Assembly (NCBI GenBank): GCA_951406725.2
Contig: OX597826.1
Span: 23,188,001-23,252,000, forward strand
From: Octopus vulgaris
Taxonomy: Eukaryota
Reading direction: 5' to 3'
Length of the DNA stretch: 64,000 nucleotides
Notes under the pieces: model-generated
What the model was told of the DNA's origin: nothing
Seen by the model: the letters and a program-made list of their open reading frames with translations, nothing else
Databases searched by the model: none
Translations under genes and position numbers: made by a program
Shown: one piece after another, positions 12,936 to 26,425 of the stretch
Position numbering within the stretch: the stretch's first letter is position 1
Layout: each line of letters starts with the position of its first letter

Positions 12936-13872
12936 GATATACATAAATACGTGTAAGCATATATATACATATATACATACATACATGCATATATATACAC
13001 ATACATAAAGCTAAATATACATATAGGCACAGGAGTGGCTGTGTGGTAAGTAGCTTGCTTACCAACCACATGGTTATAGATTCAGTCCAATTGCATGGCA
13101 CCTTGGGCAAGTGTCTTCTACTATAACCTTGAGCCGACCAAAGCCTTGTGAGTGGATTTGGTAGACAGAAACTGAAAGAAGCCTATCATATATATGTATA
13201 TATATATGTGTGTGTGTGTGTGTTTGTGTGCCTGTGTTTGTCCCCCTAACATTGCTTGACAACCAATGCTGGTGTGTTCACGTCCCCCATAACTTAGCAG
13301 TTCAGCAAAAGAGACCAACAGAATAAGTACTAGGCTTACAAAAAATAAGTCCTGGGGTCGATTTACTCAACTAAAGGTGGTGCTCCAGCATGGCCGCAGT
13401 CAAAATAACTGAGACAAATAAAAGAAAAAGAAAAAGAAAGGAATACACACCTAAACCACAGAATAAGTATCAGACTTTAAAAAAAGTAGTGGGGTCAATT
13501 TGTTTGACTAAAATCTCCAACAATGTGTCCCAGCATGGTTGCAATGACTGAAGCAAGCAAGAGATAAAAGATATCATATAACAGTGCACAAAATACACAT
13601 ACACACACTACATATACACAAACACATATAAATAGACATAACACAAACATGGTTTTTGGATTTAATTTATATATATATAATTTTTATTTTGATTGTACAT
13701 TTTTGTAGATTTTTGTGTCTGTCAGAGATCCCAGAATACGGTAATAGATCGTAAAGGTATCATGTCCCCCCAAAATTGACAGAGGGGTATTCAACAGGTC
13801 TACCATGGGACAATTACAAATGTTGTTAGACAACACATGCACACACACACATACATACACACATAAGCACAC

Positions 13873-14577
<705 letters not shown>

Positions 14578-14829
14578 ATATATTTATATATATATATATA
14601 TATATAATTAAAGTCAAAATGAGGGTGAAAAAATTGGATATTAATTTAATAACATCAATTTAAACACCAAGTAGCCTAATGTATAAAAGATTAAGATTCA
14701 GTAAATATTATTAATACACAACTAGGGCATTTGAATGTAACTGTGAATATAATCAGCCAAACTGTTCATCTCTCTCTAACCTCGTGTTGATATTTGCAGT
14801 GCAGTTTGACAAATTATATATTTTTGACG

Positions 14830-14905
14830 TACTCCACTGAAGATTCGTCGATATTTATGTAAGTAAAATTACATAATTTATTAACGATGAAACAATTGTA
14901 TGGGT
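14830..14905 (+). ncRNA. Minimal type-I hammerhead ribozyme motif (copy 1 of a tandem pair)
   Basis: CTCCA-CTGAAGA-ttcgt..ttatgtaa/ttacataa..acgat-GAAAC-AATT-GTA-TGGGT. Confidence 0.75.
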
Positions 14906-15366
14906 TTAATCTATATTTTCGTTATTTTTCATTTGTCCTGCTCGCTTACGTTCTTGGTGTGTTGAATTATTTCTTGAGAACAATTCTTAGTGGTGGATTC
15001 CCTTTGCGGATCTATATCTAGCGTAAGAGCGTCCACATAGTGGATTCTCTCTTATAGTTGTGTATTAATAATATTTACTGAATCTCAGTCTTTTATACGC
15101 TAGGCCACTTGGTGTTTAAATTGATGTTATTAAATTAATATCCAATTTTTTCACCCTCATTTTGACTTTAATTATAAATTAATATGTTCTCAAACCGGCG
15201 TAAACTACTGCAGTAAATTACTTATGCAGTATTTATATCCGGGAATTTAGCGCGCCAGAACGAGGGCATTTGAATGTAACTGTGAATATAATCAGCCAAA
15301 CTGTTCGTCTCTCTCTAACCTCGTGTTGATATTTGCCGTGCAGTTCGACAAATTATATTTTTGACG

Positions 15367-15442
15367 TACTCCACTGAAGATTCGTAGATATTTATGTAAG
15401 TAAAATTACATAATTTATTAACGATGAAACAATTGTATGGGG
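15367..15442 (+). ncRNA. Minimal type-I hammerhead ribozyme motif (copy 2, 537 nt downstream)
   Basis: Same motif as 14830-14905, with stem I CTCCA/TGGGG. Confidence 0.78.
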
Positions 15443-15589
15443 TTAATCTATATTTTCGTTATTTTTCATTTGTCCTGCTCGCTTACGTTCTTGGTGTGTT
15501 GAATTATTTCTTGAGAACAATACTTAGTGGTGGATTCCCTTTGCGGATCTTTATCTAGCATAAGAGCGTCCATATAGTTGTGTATTAAT

Positions 15590-15664
<75 letters not shown>

Positions 15665-15749
15665 ATATATATATGTATATATATATATGTATATATGTGT
15701 ATATATATATATGTGTATATATATATATATGTGCGTATATATATATGTA

Positions 15750-15784
<35 letters not shown>

Positions 15785-15821
15785 CAAATGAAATAAATGA
15801 AAAACAAGACGCAAAGGATGT

Positions 15822-15916
15822 TGCAGTACATATGTTTCGGGCTTTATAGAACAACTTATTCTTACATCAATGCATAATCGATGTAACAGATAGATCAAAA
15901 ACCTTCTTCAGCCGCA
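15822..15916 (-). ncRNA. Hammerhead ribozyme motif with long stem II
   Basis: TGCGG-CTGAAGA-aggtttt...ttacatcgat/attgatgtaa...aaagccc-GAAAC-ATAT-GTA-CTGCA. The inverted copy at 19769-19863 has AAAAC in place of GAAAC. Confidence 0.72.
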
Positions 15917-16279
15917 TGCCATTGCTACACCAAAGACTTGTATCACATTATAAAAGGTTTGAGAAAAAACCGAGTATCATTGGGAAAGTATGTTTGTAAA
16001 TCTTCATAGGCGTACATGGTATTATTAGACTCCAAAACAAATCGTCCATACCGTTTTTTCACTTGATATAGAATGAATACTGGGTAGGTTACTTCATATA
16101 AGGGAAGGAATTGGATGTTGAGAGAAAGAGGAAAGGAGGGGAAGGGGATGAAACTTTAATGAAGTTGGGATCACAAAAAAGAAAATATATATAAATGTAA
16201 ACATAATTATAAAGGATAATTATAAATATAAAATATAATAAAAAATATAATAAAAAGTAAAGATGTAAAAATATAAGTA

Positions 16280-17110
16280 TACTAGCAGAATTGCCCGGCG
16301 TTGCTCAGGGCTGAATTGCTTGAAACTACTGTTAATGATTGCACTGAATTATGATGATTATTCAGGCAAATATTGATATAAGTTTACGGTGGGAGATAAG
16401 GACTTAACGATCAAACGTGTGCCATTGCATTGTTTTGGGGGAACCAAATTTCTGATGAGCATTATAGGGGCACCAACTTTAAGTTTGAGAAAGTGTGGTG
16501 GTAGTCCGGGGTGCTCAAAGGAATTGAGTACCTCTATTGGATAGTTGATGACGTCCTCTGGGTCAGGAGTTGTATCGATAGACTGATATACATAGACTTC
16601 CCCAGGAATGAGTTTTAGCATTTCATCATTAATATGGTGAACAGTTTTATTCCTCGGGGCCAGTATAGCCTTTTTGCCAATCCAATCCATATTCTGATAA
16701 TTAGCTTGTAGATCTGGGAACACTGCATCTCTGAGATCAGAAGGTGTCTTAACAATGGTACAAATGGAATCGATGGCAATATTACCATTTTCATCCCCTG
16801 GTATTTTGCCTTCGCCAAGTGCAAGGAGGGTGTGAGGAAATGCTGCTGATGTGATATTACGTCACATATGAGCACGCATATTGGTGTGAAGTTTGAGAGT
16901 TACTTCCCTTTATTTAAAAAAATATGCATTAAAATGGAAAAAAATGATGGTAAATTATTTGTAAAATCGTAGACGCGCGCTAATACCCAGAAGGGCTCGA
17001 TATGAATCACGACTATAAGATACCTGGTTTTGGTCAAACTGCATCGCAAAATGTGGGAGTAGTTAGGAATCTAAATCGGAGTAGACAGACACACAACCTT
17101 TCTTTTATAT
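16280..17110 (-). mobile_element. Helitron/Helentron-derived element with a PIF1-like helicase fragment
   Basis: ORF 16358..16723 has AILAPRN, GLPPHFLKLKVGAPIMLIRNL and CNGTRLIV, typical of Helitron Rep/Hel helicases. Terminus TACTAGCAG..CCCGGCGTTGCTC is shared with the element at 12556. Confidence 0.85.
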
Positions 17111-17894
17111 ATAAATACATACATACACACACACGTACATACACACACACACACACACACATACATGCATACATACATATACACATAAACCGAGTAAAAA
17201 ATTTCAGTTATCTCTCTCTTTCACACATTACTCTCTCTGTCTCTTCACACACACTAACAGAAGCACTTCACTTACACAACATACTGTCTGTCTCCCACAC
17301 TCCATCAAACACACACACACACACACATGTACATCAATGAGTCCCATGCACGGTAACTTCAAAGGAACTTCCCTCGTCATACAATCGCTTTCTCTTAGTC
17401 TCTTTCGCTCTCATTACTTATGTAAAAAAATAAAAGTTTTTTCTATGTGTGTAAAGAGGAAGTGGGAGGCAGAGTGAAAGAATCACTCACTACAGTAAGT
17501 GAATTACTTTAATTTTATTCCTTGCCCACTGTGTGTGTGCGTTTGCGTGTGGTGTAAACCAGACTAAGAAAAGCATTTGACACACACACCAGAATGTGAG
17601 TTTTCTGTAAATTTTGCTTAATTGGAGTTTAAATTTTAAAAACTGGACCTGGCATGACGCGATGCATTGTACTCTTAAAACTGCTAGGTAAATTGTAATT
17701 GAAGAAATCCTATATTGTAGATTTGTATAACTCCCAAAGGGAGGCAGATAAAATCTGCCTTTTATAATAAGAGATATACATATATATACATACACATATA
17801 CCACACACACATACACATATATATATATACATACACATACACACACATGCACAAATCTACATATATAGATATATATATACATACACACACATGC

Positions 17895-18760
17895 TGTGAG
17901 TCAATGGGCAGACAGAAACAAAATGCAACTGAATGAGGGAAAATTTGAGCTGATGCATTTTGGAAGTAATTCCTCACTAAAACAACCATACTCTCTTCCT
18001 TCAGGGGAACCGCTCACAGCCTCAGAGACCTGGGTGTAATTGTTGATGACGATCTCAGTTGGAGTGCACACATCAACGAGAAGGTCAATATAGCTCGTAG
18101 GATGAGTTCCTGGATCTTAAGAACTTTCCGGTCCAGAGAACAAGGTGTCATCATACCACTTTCTTCCTCCTTTGTACGGCCACACCTTGAATACTGCTGC
18201 CCACTGTGGTCTCCCCATACAAGACAAGACATCTCCAGAATTGAGTCACCCCAGAGGACACTCACTAAACGAATTGAAGGCATGGCTGCTCTCGATTATT
18301 GGGATCGCCTTAAAGCCTTGAAACTTTACTCCCTCCAGCGTCGCCGTGAGCGGTACATCATTTGTACGATGTGGAGAATATACCGCCAACTTTGCCCAAA
18401 CGACCTTAACATTAGCTTCAAGGTTCATCCAAGACTGGGACCATGGGCCACACGTCCCCTGCCCAATTCAAAATCACAACATACTGCAACATAATTTCTT
18501 TTCCTCAACAGGCCCTGCCCTATTTAACATTGTCCCGAGGGAGATCAAAGAGGAAAAGGATCTAATCAACTTTAAACGGAGTCTGGATAGATTCCTTCAA
18601 AGAACACCAGATAAGCCACCCATAATTGGATACAACTCACCCAACAAGAACTCACTACTTGAACAAAACTTGACTTAAACAGGATTCGAATAATCCTATC
18701 AGGTGGTGCTATTAAGTTAGACATGGCCTGGACCAATCTTTGGTTGAAACATATCTAAGT
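17895..18760 (+). mobile_element. 3' fragment of a CR1/L2-group LINE (RT C-terminus)
   Basis: RDLGVIVDDDLSW, VRPHLEYCCPLWSP, LKLYSLQRRRERY and FKRSLDRFL motifs with frameshifts. Confidence 0.85.
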
Positions 18761-18865
18761 TTATATATATATATACATACACACAAAAAACGCATACACA
18801 TACATACAAGTACCTACATATACACGCATGTATATACACACACACACATAAGTAAGTATATACAT

Positions 18866-18898
<33 letters not shown>

Positions 18899-19989
18899 CG
18901 CACACATATATACATATATATACACAGACAGATACACACACAGACAGATACACACACACACACATATATATATATACACATACACATGCATACACACACG
19001 TGTATATATAATACATGCATATAAACACATATACATATTGTACATACACACACAGATACACATACATATACCTACATATATACATATACACATATGGGCA
19101 AACACATTCATATGGCCCCCACCTATATACGCATACATATACAAAATTACACATATGCATTTGCAATGCATCCATACATACAAGTATACGCACTCATACA
19201 TGTACATATCTACGTGCCCATACATTCTCGAATCTGCAGGCTGACGCGTGTACATTTGCTTTCATTTTTCGATTTTTTAAATTTTTTATTTATTTTTTAA
19301 AATTTTTTATTCTTTGTTTTATTTTATTTTTTACCCTTTATTTTTTGTACCTTTTACACTTTCACAATACATTTCTAGTTTTTATAAACCTATACTTGAC
19401 GTCCTTTGTATCTTTATATACTTATATTTTTACATCTTTACTTTTTATTATATTTTATATTTATTATTATCCTTTATAATTATGTTTATATTTATATATA
19501 TTTTCTTTTTTGTGATCCCAACTTCATTAAAGTTTCATCCCCTTCCCCTCCTTTCCTCTTTCTCTCAGCATCCAATTCCTTCCCTTATATGAAGTAACCT
19601 ACCCAGTATTCATTCTATATCAAGTGAAAAAACGGTATGGACGATTTGTTTTGGAGTCTAATAATACCATGTACGCCTATGAAGTTTTACAAACATACTT
19701 TCCCAATGATACTCGGTTTTTTCTCAAACCTTTTATAATGTGATACAAGTTTTGGTGTAGCAATGACACGTGGCTGAAGAAGGCTTTTGATCTATTTGTT
19801 ATATCGATTATGCATTGATGTAAGAATAAGTTGTTCTATAAAGCCCAAAACATATGTACCACAACATCCTTTGCATCTTGTTTTTCATTTATTTCATTTG
19901 ATACATATATCCTATCACCTATGCTACTAGCTGACATATACAGGTGCTTACATTTATCAAGTATTAACCCTGAATTTATTATATATATA

Positions 19990-20010
<21 letters not shown>

Positions 20011-20021
<11 letters not shown>

Positions 20022-21675
20022 TAGAAGAAATGAGGTAATCAGAAGATCGGATGGTTCATATTTATAGATATTTATTTATATATTACATTTTTTACATATA
20101 TATATCATATCATTCAGATTATTAGCGCTTTCTCCCATTCTAGTGGGGTTTTCAAATCAAATTAATTCCTTTGTGGGGAATTTAATCATTTTATAGAGTT
20201 TCCTAGTTGTGGGGAGGAACAAGACAGTACAAGAGGGTGAAGTGGATGAGGAGGAAGTGAGAGAGAGAACATGTGTGTATGTGTGTGCGTTTGTATATGA
20301 GGCTAAAGAGAAAGAGGGGAAGGGAGAGGGAAGAAGAAGGATTTCCTTTGGCCTGCTGGACCCCCAAGGGAGTTCTAAGAATTTTAGCTTTTTGTCCATT
20401 TTGGTGTCACTGAGTGTGTGTTGGTGGGTAGGCAGGCCATAAATTACACCTTTTATGATTTTGAGGATGGTCAAATGCCATTTGGGGTCTAAGAACTCTT
20501 CTACTTTGTATGATCGTTTTGTAGAGGTGTGTGTGTCTCTGTGTGTTTGGATAAGGGGAGAGAGACAAAAAGAGAAAAGGGAAAATAAAAATAAAAATTA
20601 AAATAAGGGAGGAAATGGAGAAGAAAAAAAAATTTTTGTGTGTTGATATTTATACCACTACATATATATACACAGACTTATATATAAAATATTCGAAAAA
20701 AACCTTTTATTGGTTCAAAATGAACAACCAAATTACACCATCTTGAAAATCGTATATCATAGGAAAGTTAAAATTAAAGTGACAATTAAAAAGTAAAGAT
20801 GGAAGTAAATTATAAAGATAATAATATAAACAGGCAATATATATATATATACATACACAGATATATATATATATATATACACATACAGACATATACTAAA
20901 TGTTCTACTATATTAGATTGTAAATCAAAAGATGCGTCCTTCAATGTCACTATATATATATATATTATATATATATATACATGCTTACACATGAAATATT
21001 AGAAAAAACACACAAAAATTTTTTTTTCTTCTCCATTTCCTCCCTTATTTTTATTTTTCCTTTTCTCTTTTTGTCTCTCTCCCCTTCTCCAAACACACAG
21101 AGACACACACGCACACAAACACACACAGACACACACACACCTCCACAAAACGATCATACAAAGTAGAAGAGTTCTTAGACCCCAAATGGCATTTGACCAT
21201 CCTCAAAATCATAAAAGGTGTAATTTATGGCCTGCCTACCCACCAACACACACTCAGTGACACCAAAATGGACAAAAAGCTAAAATTCTTAGAACTCCCT
21301 TGGGGGTCCAGCAGGCCAAAGGAAATCCTTCTTCTTCCCTCTTTCTCTTTAGCCTCAGATACAAATGCACACACACACACACACACACATGTTCTCTCTC
21401 TTTCACTTCCTCCTCATCCACTTCACCCTCTTGTACTGTCTTGTTCCTCCCCACAACTAGGAAACTCTATAAAATGATTAAATTCCCCACAAAGGAATTA
21501 ATTTGATTTGAAAACCCCACTAGAATGGGAGAAAGCGCTAATAATCTGAATGATATGATCTGAATGATATGATCTGAATGATATGATATATATATGTAAA
21601 AAATGTAACATATAAATAAATATCTATAAATATGAACCATCCGATCTTCTGATTACCTCATTTCTTCTAATATAT
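20011..21675. repeat. ~630-bp inverted repeat pair (20011-20641 / 21008-21675)
   Basis: Arms are reverse complements; ORF 20157..20474(-) matches ORF 21193..21477(+). Confidence 0.9.
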
Positions 21676-21701
21676 AATACCTGTACATCATCTCCAAACC
21701 T

Positions 21702-21882
<181 letters not shown>

Positions 21883-23169
21883 TATGTATATAAATAAATA
21901 TATATATATATATATATATATAAATACGCACACACACACACAAGCATACATATATTTATATATGCACACATATATCAGGAGCTGGGGATACAAGGGGAGG
22001 AGAAGAGAGAGAGATGAATGAAATAAATAAATGACAACACAGGCTTACAGAGACAAAGATGACAAGATATTTACAGTGGAATTCAAATTGCATACTTTCT
22101 CAAAAATATGCAAATATATACACATACAGACATATACTAAATGTTCTACTATATTAGATTGTAAATCGAAAGATGCGTCCTTCAATGTCACTATATATAT
22201 ACATGCTTGTGGTTGGCGTTAGGAAGGGCATCCAGCCGTAGAAACACTGCCAGATTTGACTGGGCCTGATGAAGCCGTCTGGCTTCACAGACCCCAGTAG
22301 AACCGTCCAACCCATGCTAGCATGGAAAACGGACGCTAAACGATGATGATGATGATGATGATATATACATTCTTGCACACACATGCTCACACTCACAAAC
22401 ACTATATATATATGCACGGACATAAACACACATACATATGTCCACATTTGTGTGCACATATATACATATGTAGATGCATAAGTGTATGTATATACATATA
22501 ATTACACACAAACACATACATATATACATACATAAAAGCATATATATATACACATACATAAAGCAAAATATACATACACACATAAATACATACATGCAAA
22601 CATAAATACATACATGCTTATATACCTACACACACAAATACATACATATATATAATATATGTGTGAGACAACTGTGATATACCAATGAGAAATAAATTAT
22701 TAAAACTGGAGCCATAGATGAGAAACACAAATATTTACAACAAAATACCAAGTGCAACAAGCAAAACATCAAAATGCAAACAACATGACTCCCCCACCTC
22801 TGCAAATCATCACCACCAACAACATTGCCACTCTACTCCTACACAAAGATAGACACAGAAAAACCCTCACAAAATAATTTAATTTTTAACCTTTAGCACA
22901 CCGGAGGTGCATCATGTCACTGTAAGAGTTCTCTCCCCTGTAGTAACAGGGCAGTGGCAGGGGAGACAATTCGAGAGAAAATGCAGTGTGATAAAGGTTA
23001 ATGTTTAGCAATTATTATTTCACTTATTATGACAGCAGGTCTCACATATACACTCACATACATACATACAGAAAACGTATAAAATTTTCACAAAGTAATT
23101 TTTAATGCCTTTTTTGTATCATTATTTGACTCGTATTATTACAAACAGACGAGGTTTATATAAGAAACG

Positions 23170-23248
23170 TCATGCATCATATACAGATTCGTTTTCATTT
23201 GGCTGTTGGTCACTGTTATTTAACACTGATACATGGCTGTTACTGTAC
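23170..23248 (-). CDS. SCLT1: SCLT1 terminal coding exon (YSNSHVSVLNNSDQQPNENESVYDA*)
   Basis: Long polypyrimidine tract ending tttcag|, phase 2 match, TGA at 23172-23170, ATTAAA about 65 nt downstream. Confidence 0.62.
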
Positions 23249-24851
23249 CTGAAAGAGAGAGAGAAGAAAGAAAATGGAGTGAGACATAGAAGAGATTCTC
23301 TAAAAAAAAGAAAAAAATCAACTAAAAAGGAAAACAATTTATCCCAACCATATGGTTACGGGTTCAGTCCCACTGCATAGCATCCTGGGCAAATGTCTTC
23401 TACTATAGCCCCAAATCCACTCACAGGTCAACTCACAGTGGATTTGCAAAAAGGAAAGTGAAAGTAGCCCATTATATGTGTGTGTCTTTGTGTATGTTTC
23501 TTCCTTTCCTGTCCACCATTTGACAAGTGGTGTTGGTTTGTTTATTTCCCCATATCTTAGTGGTTCAGCAAAATAGACCAATAAAGTACCAGACTTAAAA
23601 AAAAATATAATGGAAGTGAGGTGAGACACGTGTGTGTGAGTATGTGTATGTATATATGTGTATATGTGTCTGTATGTGTGTATATATATATATGTATGTA
23701 TACACATGAAGGCCTGTGACATCAATATTAGCAACTGTGGAAATTGCCGACGTACCGTAAAAGAGGGAACACAAAGGAGTGACAGGGGGAGAGAGGAGAA
23801 ATAGAAAGACAAGAAAAGACGTCAACAAGAAACTATGACAATACAGCCAGCCAGGCAAAGTCTTCACTACATTTGCGCGGCACCTGCCAGAGGGAGTGTT
23901 TGTCCAGGATAGGACTACACAGCAGGAGATGTATTAGGACATGAAATGTAAATGCTGGGCTAGATTATTTTATGCACAACTCCATTGTCTCCCGAGACAA
24001 AAAGGATGCCAACAACAATACTCATCCGTACACATGTATACATATCTATATGTGTGTGTATTGTTTTATTGTTTTACTTGTTTCAGTCATTTGACTGTGA
24101 CCATGCTGGAGCACTGCTTTTAATCGAGCAAATCGCCCCCAAGAATTATTCTATCGGCCTCTTTTGCCAAACTGCTAAGTTACAAGGACGTAAAGGCACC
24201 AGCATCACCAAATGACCTACACAAATGATTTTTTTTTTATAGCTAATGTGCATGCAGCACATTAGTTCACTCTCTCCATCAAATCAACGCTGTCTGTAAA
24301 GGTGCGTTGTATATCATGCATCAGGTGTCGAAGTGATTACAGAACAACATGAGATAAAGTGTTTTGCTCAAGAACACAACACTCCACCTGATCTAAGAAT
24401 TGAAATCATGATATCACAATTGTGAGTGCAACACCCATGCATCCTCATATATATATATTCTGTAAATATAATTTATAAGCCTAAGCATATAAGCATTCAC
24501 TGTATATTAGCTATAGAGAATAGACTAAAATTGGTGGCATATAAGCCCTCAATGGAAAAAAATGGATAAGAGGTGTGGGCTCAATTCTCACTCATATTTA
24601 TCCATATTTTTCCCATCAAGGGTTTATATGCCACAATAGTAGACCATTTTCTATAGCTAATATACAGTGAATACTTATATGCTTAAGCTTATAATCATAT
24701 TTACAGAATTTTCATTTATCGCTGTTTCTTAACTAATGCAGAATACATACATATATAATGTGTGTGTGTGTATGTGATGATAACTCTATCTCCTTGCCTA
24801 CATAAAAAAAATTATGAACAATTTAGTAAGAAAAAGAAGCATTTATCATAC

Positions 24852-24943
24852 TTTACAGAATTATTCTCGTTTTTATTAGATTCGTTCAGTAAAAAGATGT
24901 TTTCACTTGCAATTTCTCGATGTTTCATTTGTAAATGTGTTAG
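24852..24943 (-). CDS. SCLT1: SCLT1 penultimate exon (LTHLQMKHREIASENIFLLNESNKNENNSV-K)
   Basis: ttcag| ... |gtatg, 92 nt, phase 0 start matching the exon at 32125. Confidence 0.7.
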
Positions 24944-26394
24944 CTGAAATATAATAACAAAAAATAATAATGATAATAATAATAATTTCTACTGTAGGCA
25001 CAAGGCCTGAAATTTTGGGGGAGGAACAAGTTGATTACATTGACCCCAGTGTATAACTGGTACCTACTTCACCGATCCCCAAAAGGACAAAAGGCAAAGT
25101 CAACCTCGGCAGAATTTGAACTCAGAATGCAAGGATGGACAAAATGCCACCAAACATTTTGCCTGGCATGCTAACGCTTCTACCAGCTCACTGTCTGAAT
25201 AATAATAATGATGATGATGACGGCGATGGCAGCAACAGCGGAGGCAGTGGTGGCAGTGACGATGACAATGATGCAGTACCAGGCAGTGGCTCTCATGGCT
25301 TCTGATCTTAACTGTTTGGAAGTGTTATCATCCACATTGTTTTGTCTTGATATAAAAGACAGCTACAGCCAATATTCTGCTCAATACCACAGATTTGCTT
25401 GTCAGTTGTTTGACCTTAACCAGTTGACCATGTGGTTGACTTAGTTGACTTAGTGGCTGACGATATGTGCATCTCTGATCATGAGCAGAAGTAGTGGGGG
25501 AGTATCATAGCCATGTGTTGAAAGGAATTTTTAGAGGTTTGGATAATTCACCTTTGGAAACACAGGTGGTTCGTTCAACATCCTTAAACAATCCTTATTC
25601 AGGGACCTTTTGAGCGGGATGGGCTACTTGACCTGAAGAAAATTGTAACTGAGCCCCACCTGCAAGGTCATGCACTGTTTATCTTGATATGAGATCACTA
25701 TGTTGTGATGCATGTGCCTGGTGTACCCTTATCAGGCGGGTAGTCATGATGGGTATACTGGTTTCATATATTTTACCCCAGTGTCACTTTGATGGCATAC
25801 ACTGCACACTCACTCAATAATAATAACAACAACAATAATAATAACAATAAATGAATGGAACCTTTCAGACATTTACTTTTTACTATTTGCCTGTTTTACA
25901 TTCTGATTATTCTATGCTGCAATCAAATCCAATCATTTTAATATATTGGAGCAAGTTTTTGCACACCTGCAAGGCCTTTACTACTGCACAGTAGACTTAA
26001 TTTGTAGCTTAATTCAACACTATTTAGCCCTTGGGTGCCTTCAGTGGTATCCACTCTATTTCAGATATTTTGGGGCCATGTCTCTGGTATAAGAAAAAAA
26101 AACTATTTTCTCTTCCATCCACTGGCCTTTGAAACACTGAAAAGGGTCATGATTGCTGCCATTACTAATCTAAGTCATAAATAAAAAAGGAAAAAGAAAA
26201 CACAGGTGCAGACATGGCTGTGTGATAGGAAGTTTGCTCCCCAACCATATGGTTCTGGGTTCAGTCCTATTGCATGGCAACTTGGTCAAGTGTCTTCAAC
26301 TATAACCTCAGGTCTTCTACTATAGCCTTGTGAATGTATCTGGTAGACAGAAACTATATGGAAGCATCTTGTATATATATCTTGTGTGTGTGTA

Positions 26395-26423
<29 letters not shown>

Positions 26424-26425
<2 letters not shown>

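Larger units (their letters stand above)
15782..19904. repeat. ~500-bp inverted repeat pair (15782-16281 / 19418-19904) enclosing the Helitron and CR1 fragments
   Basis: Direct reverse-complement match of the arms. Confidence 0.9.
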
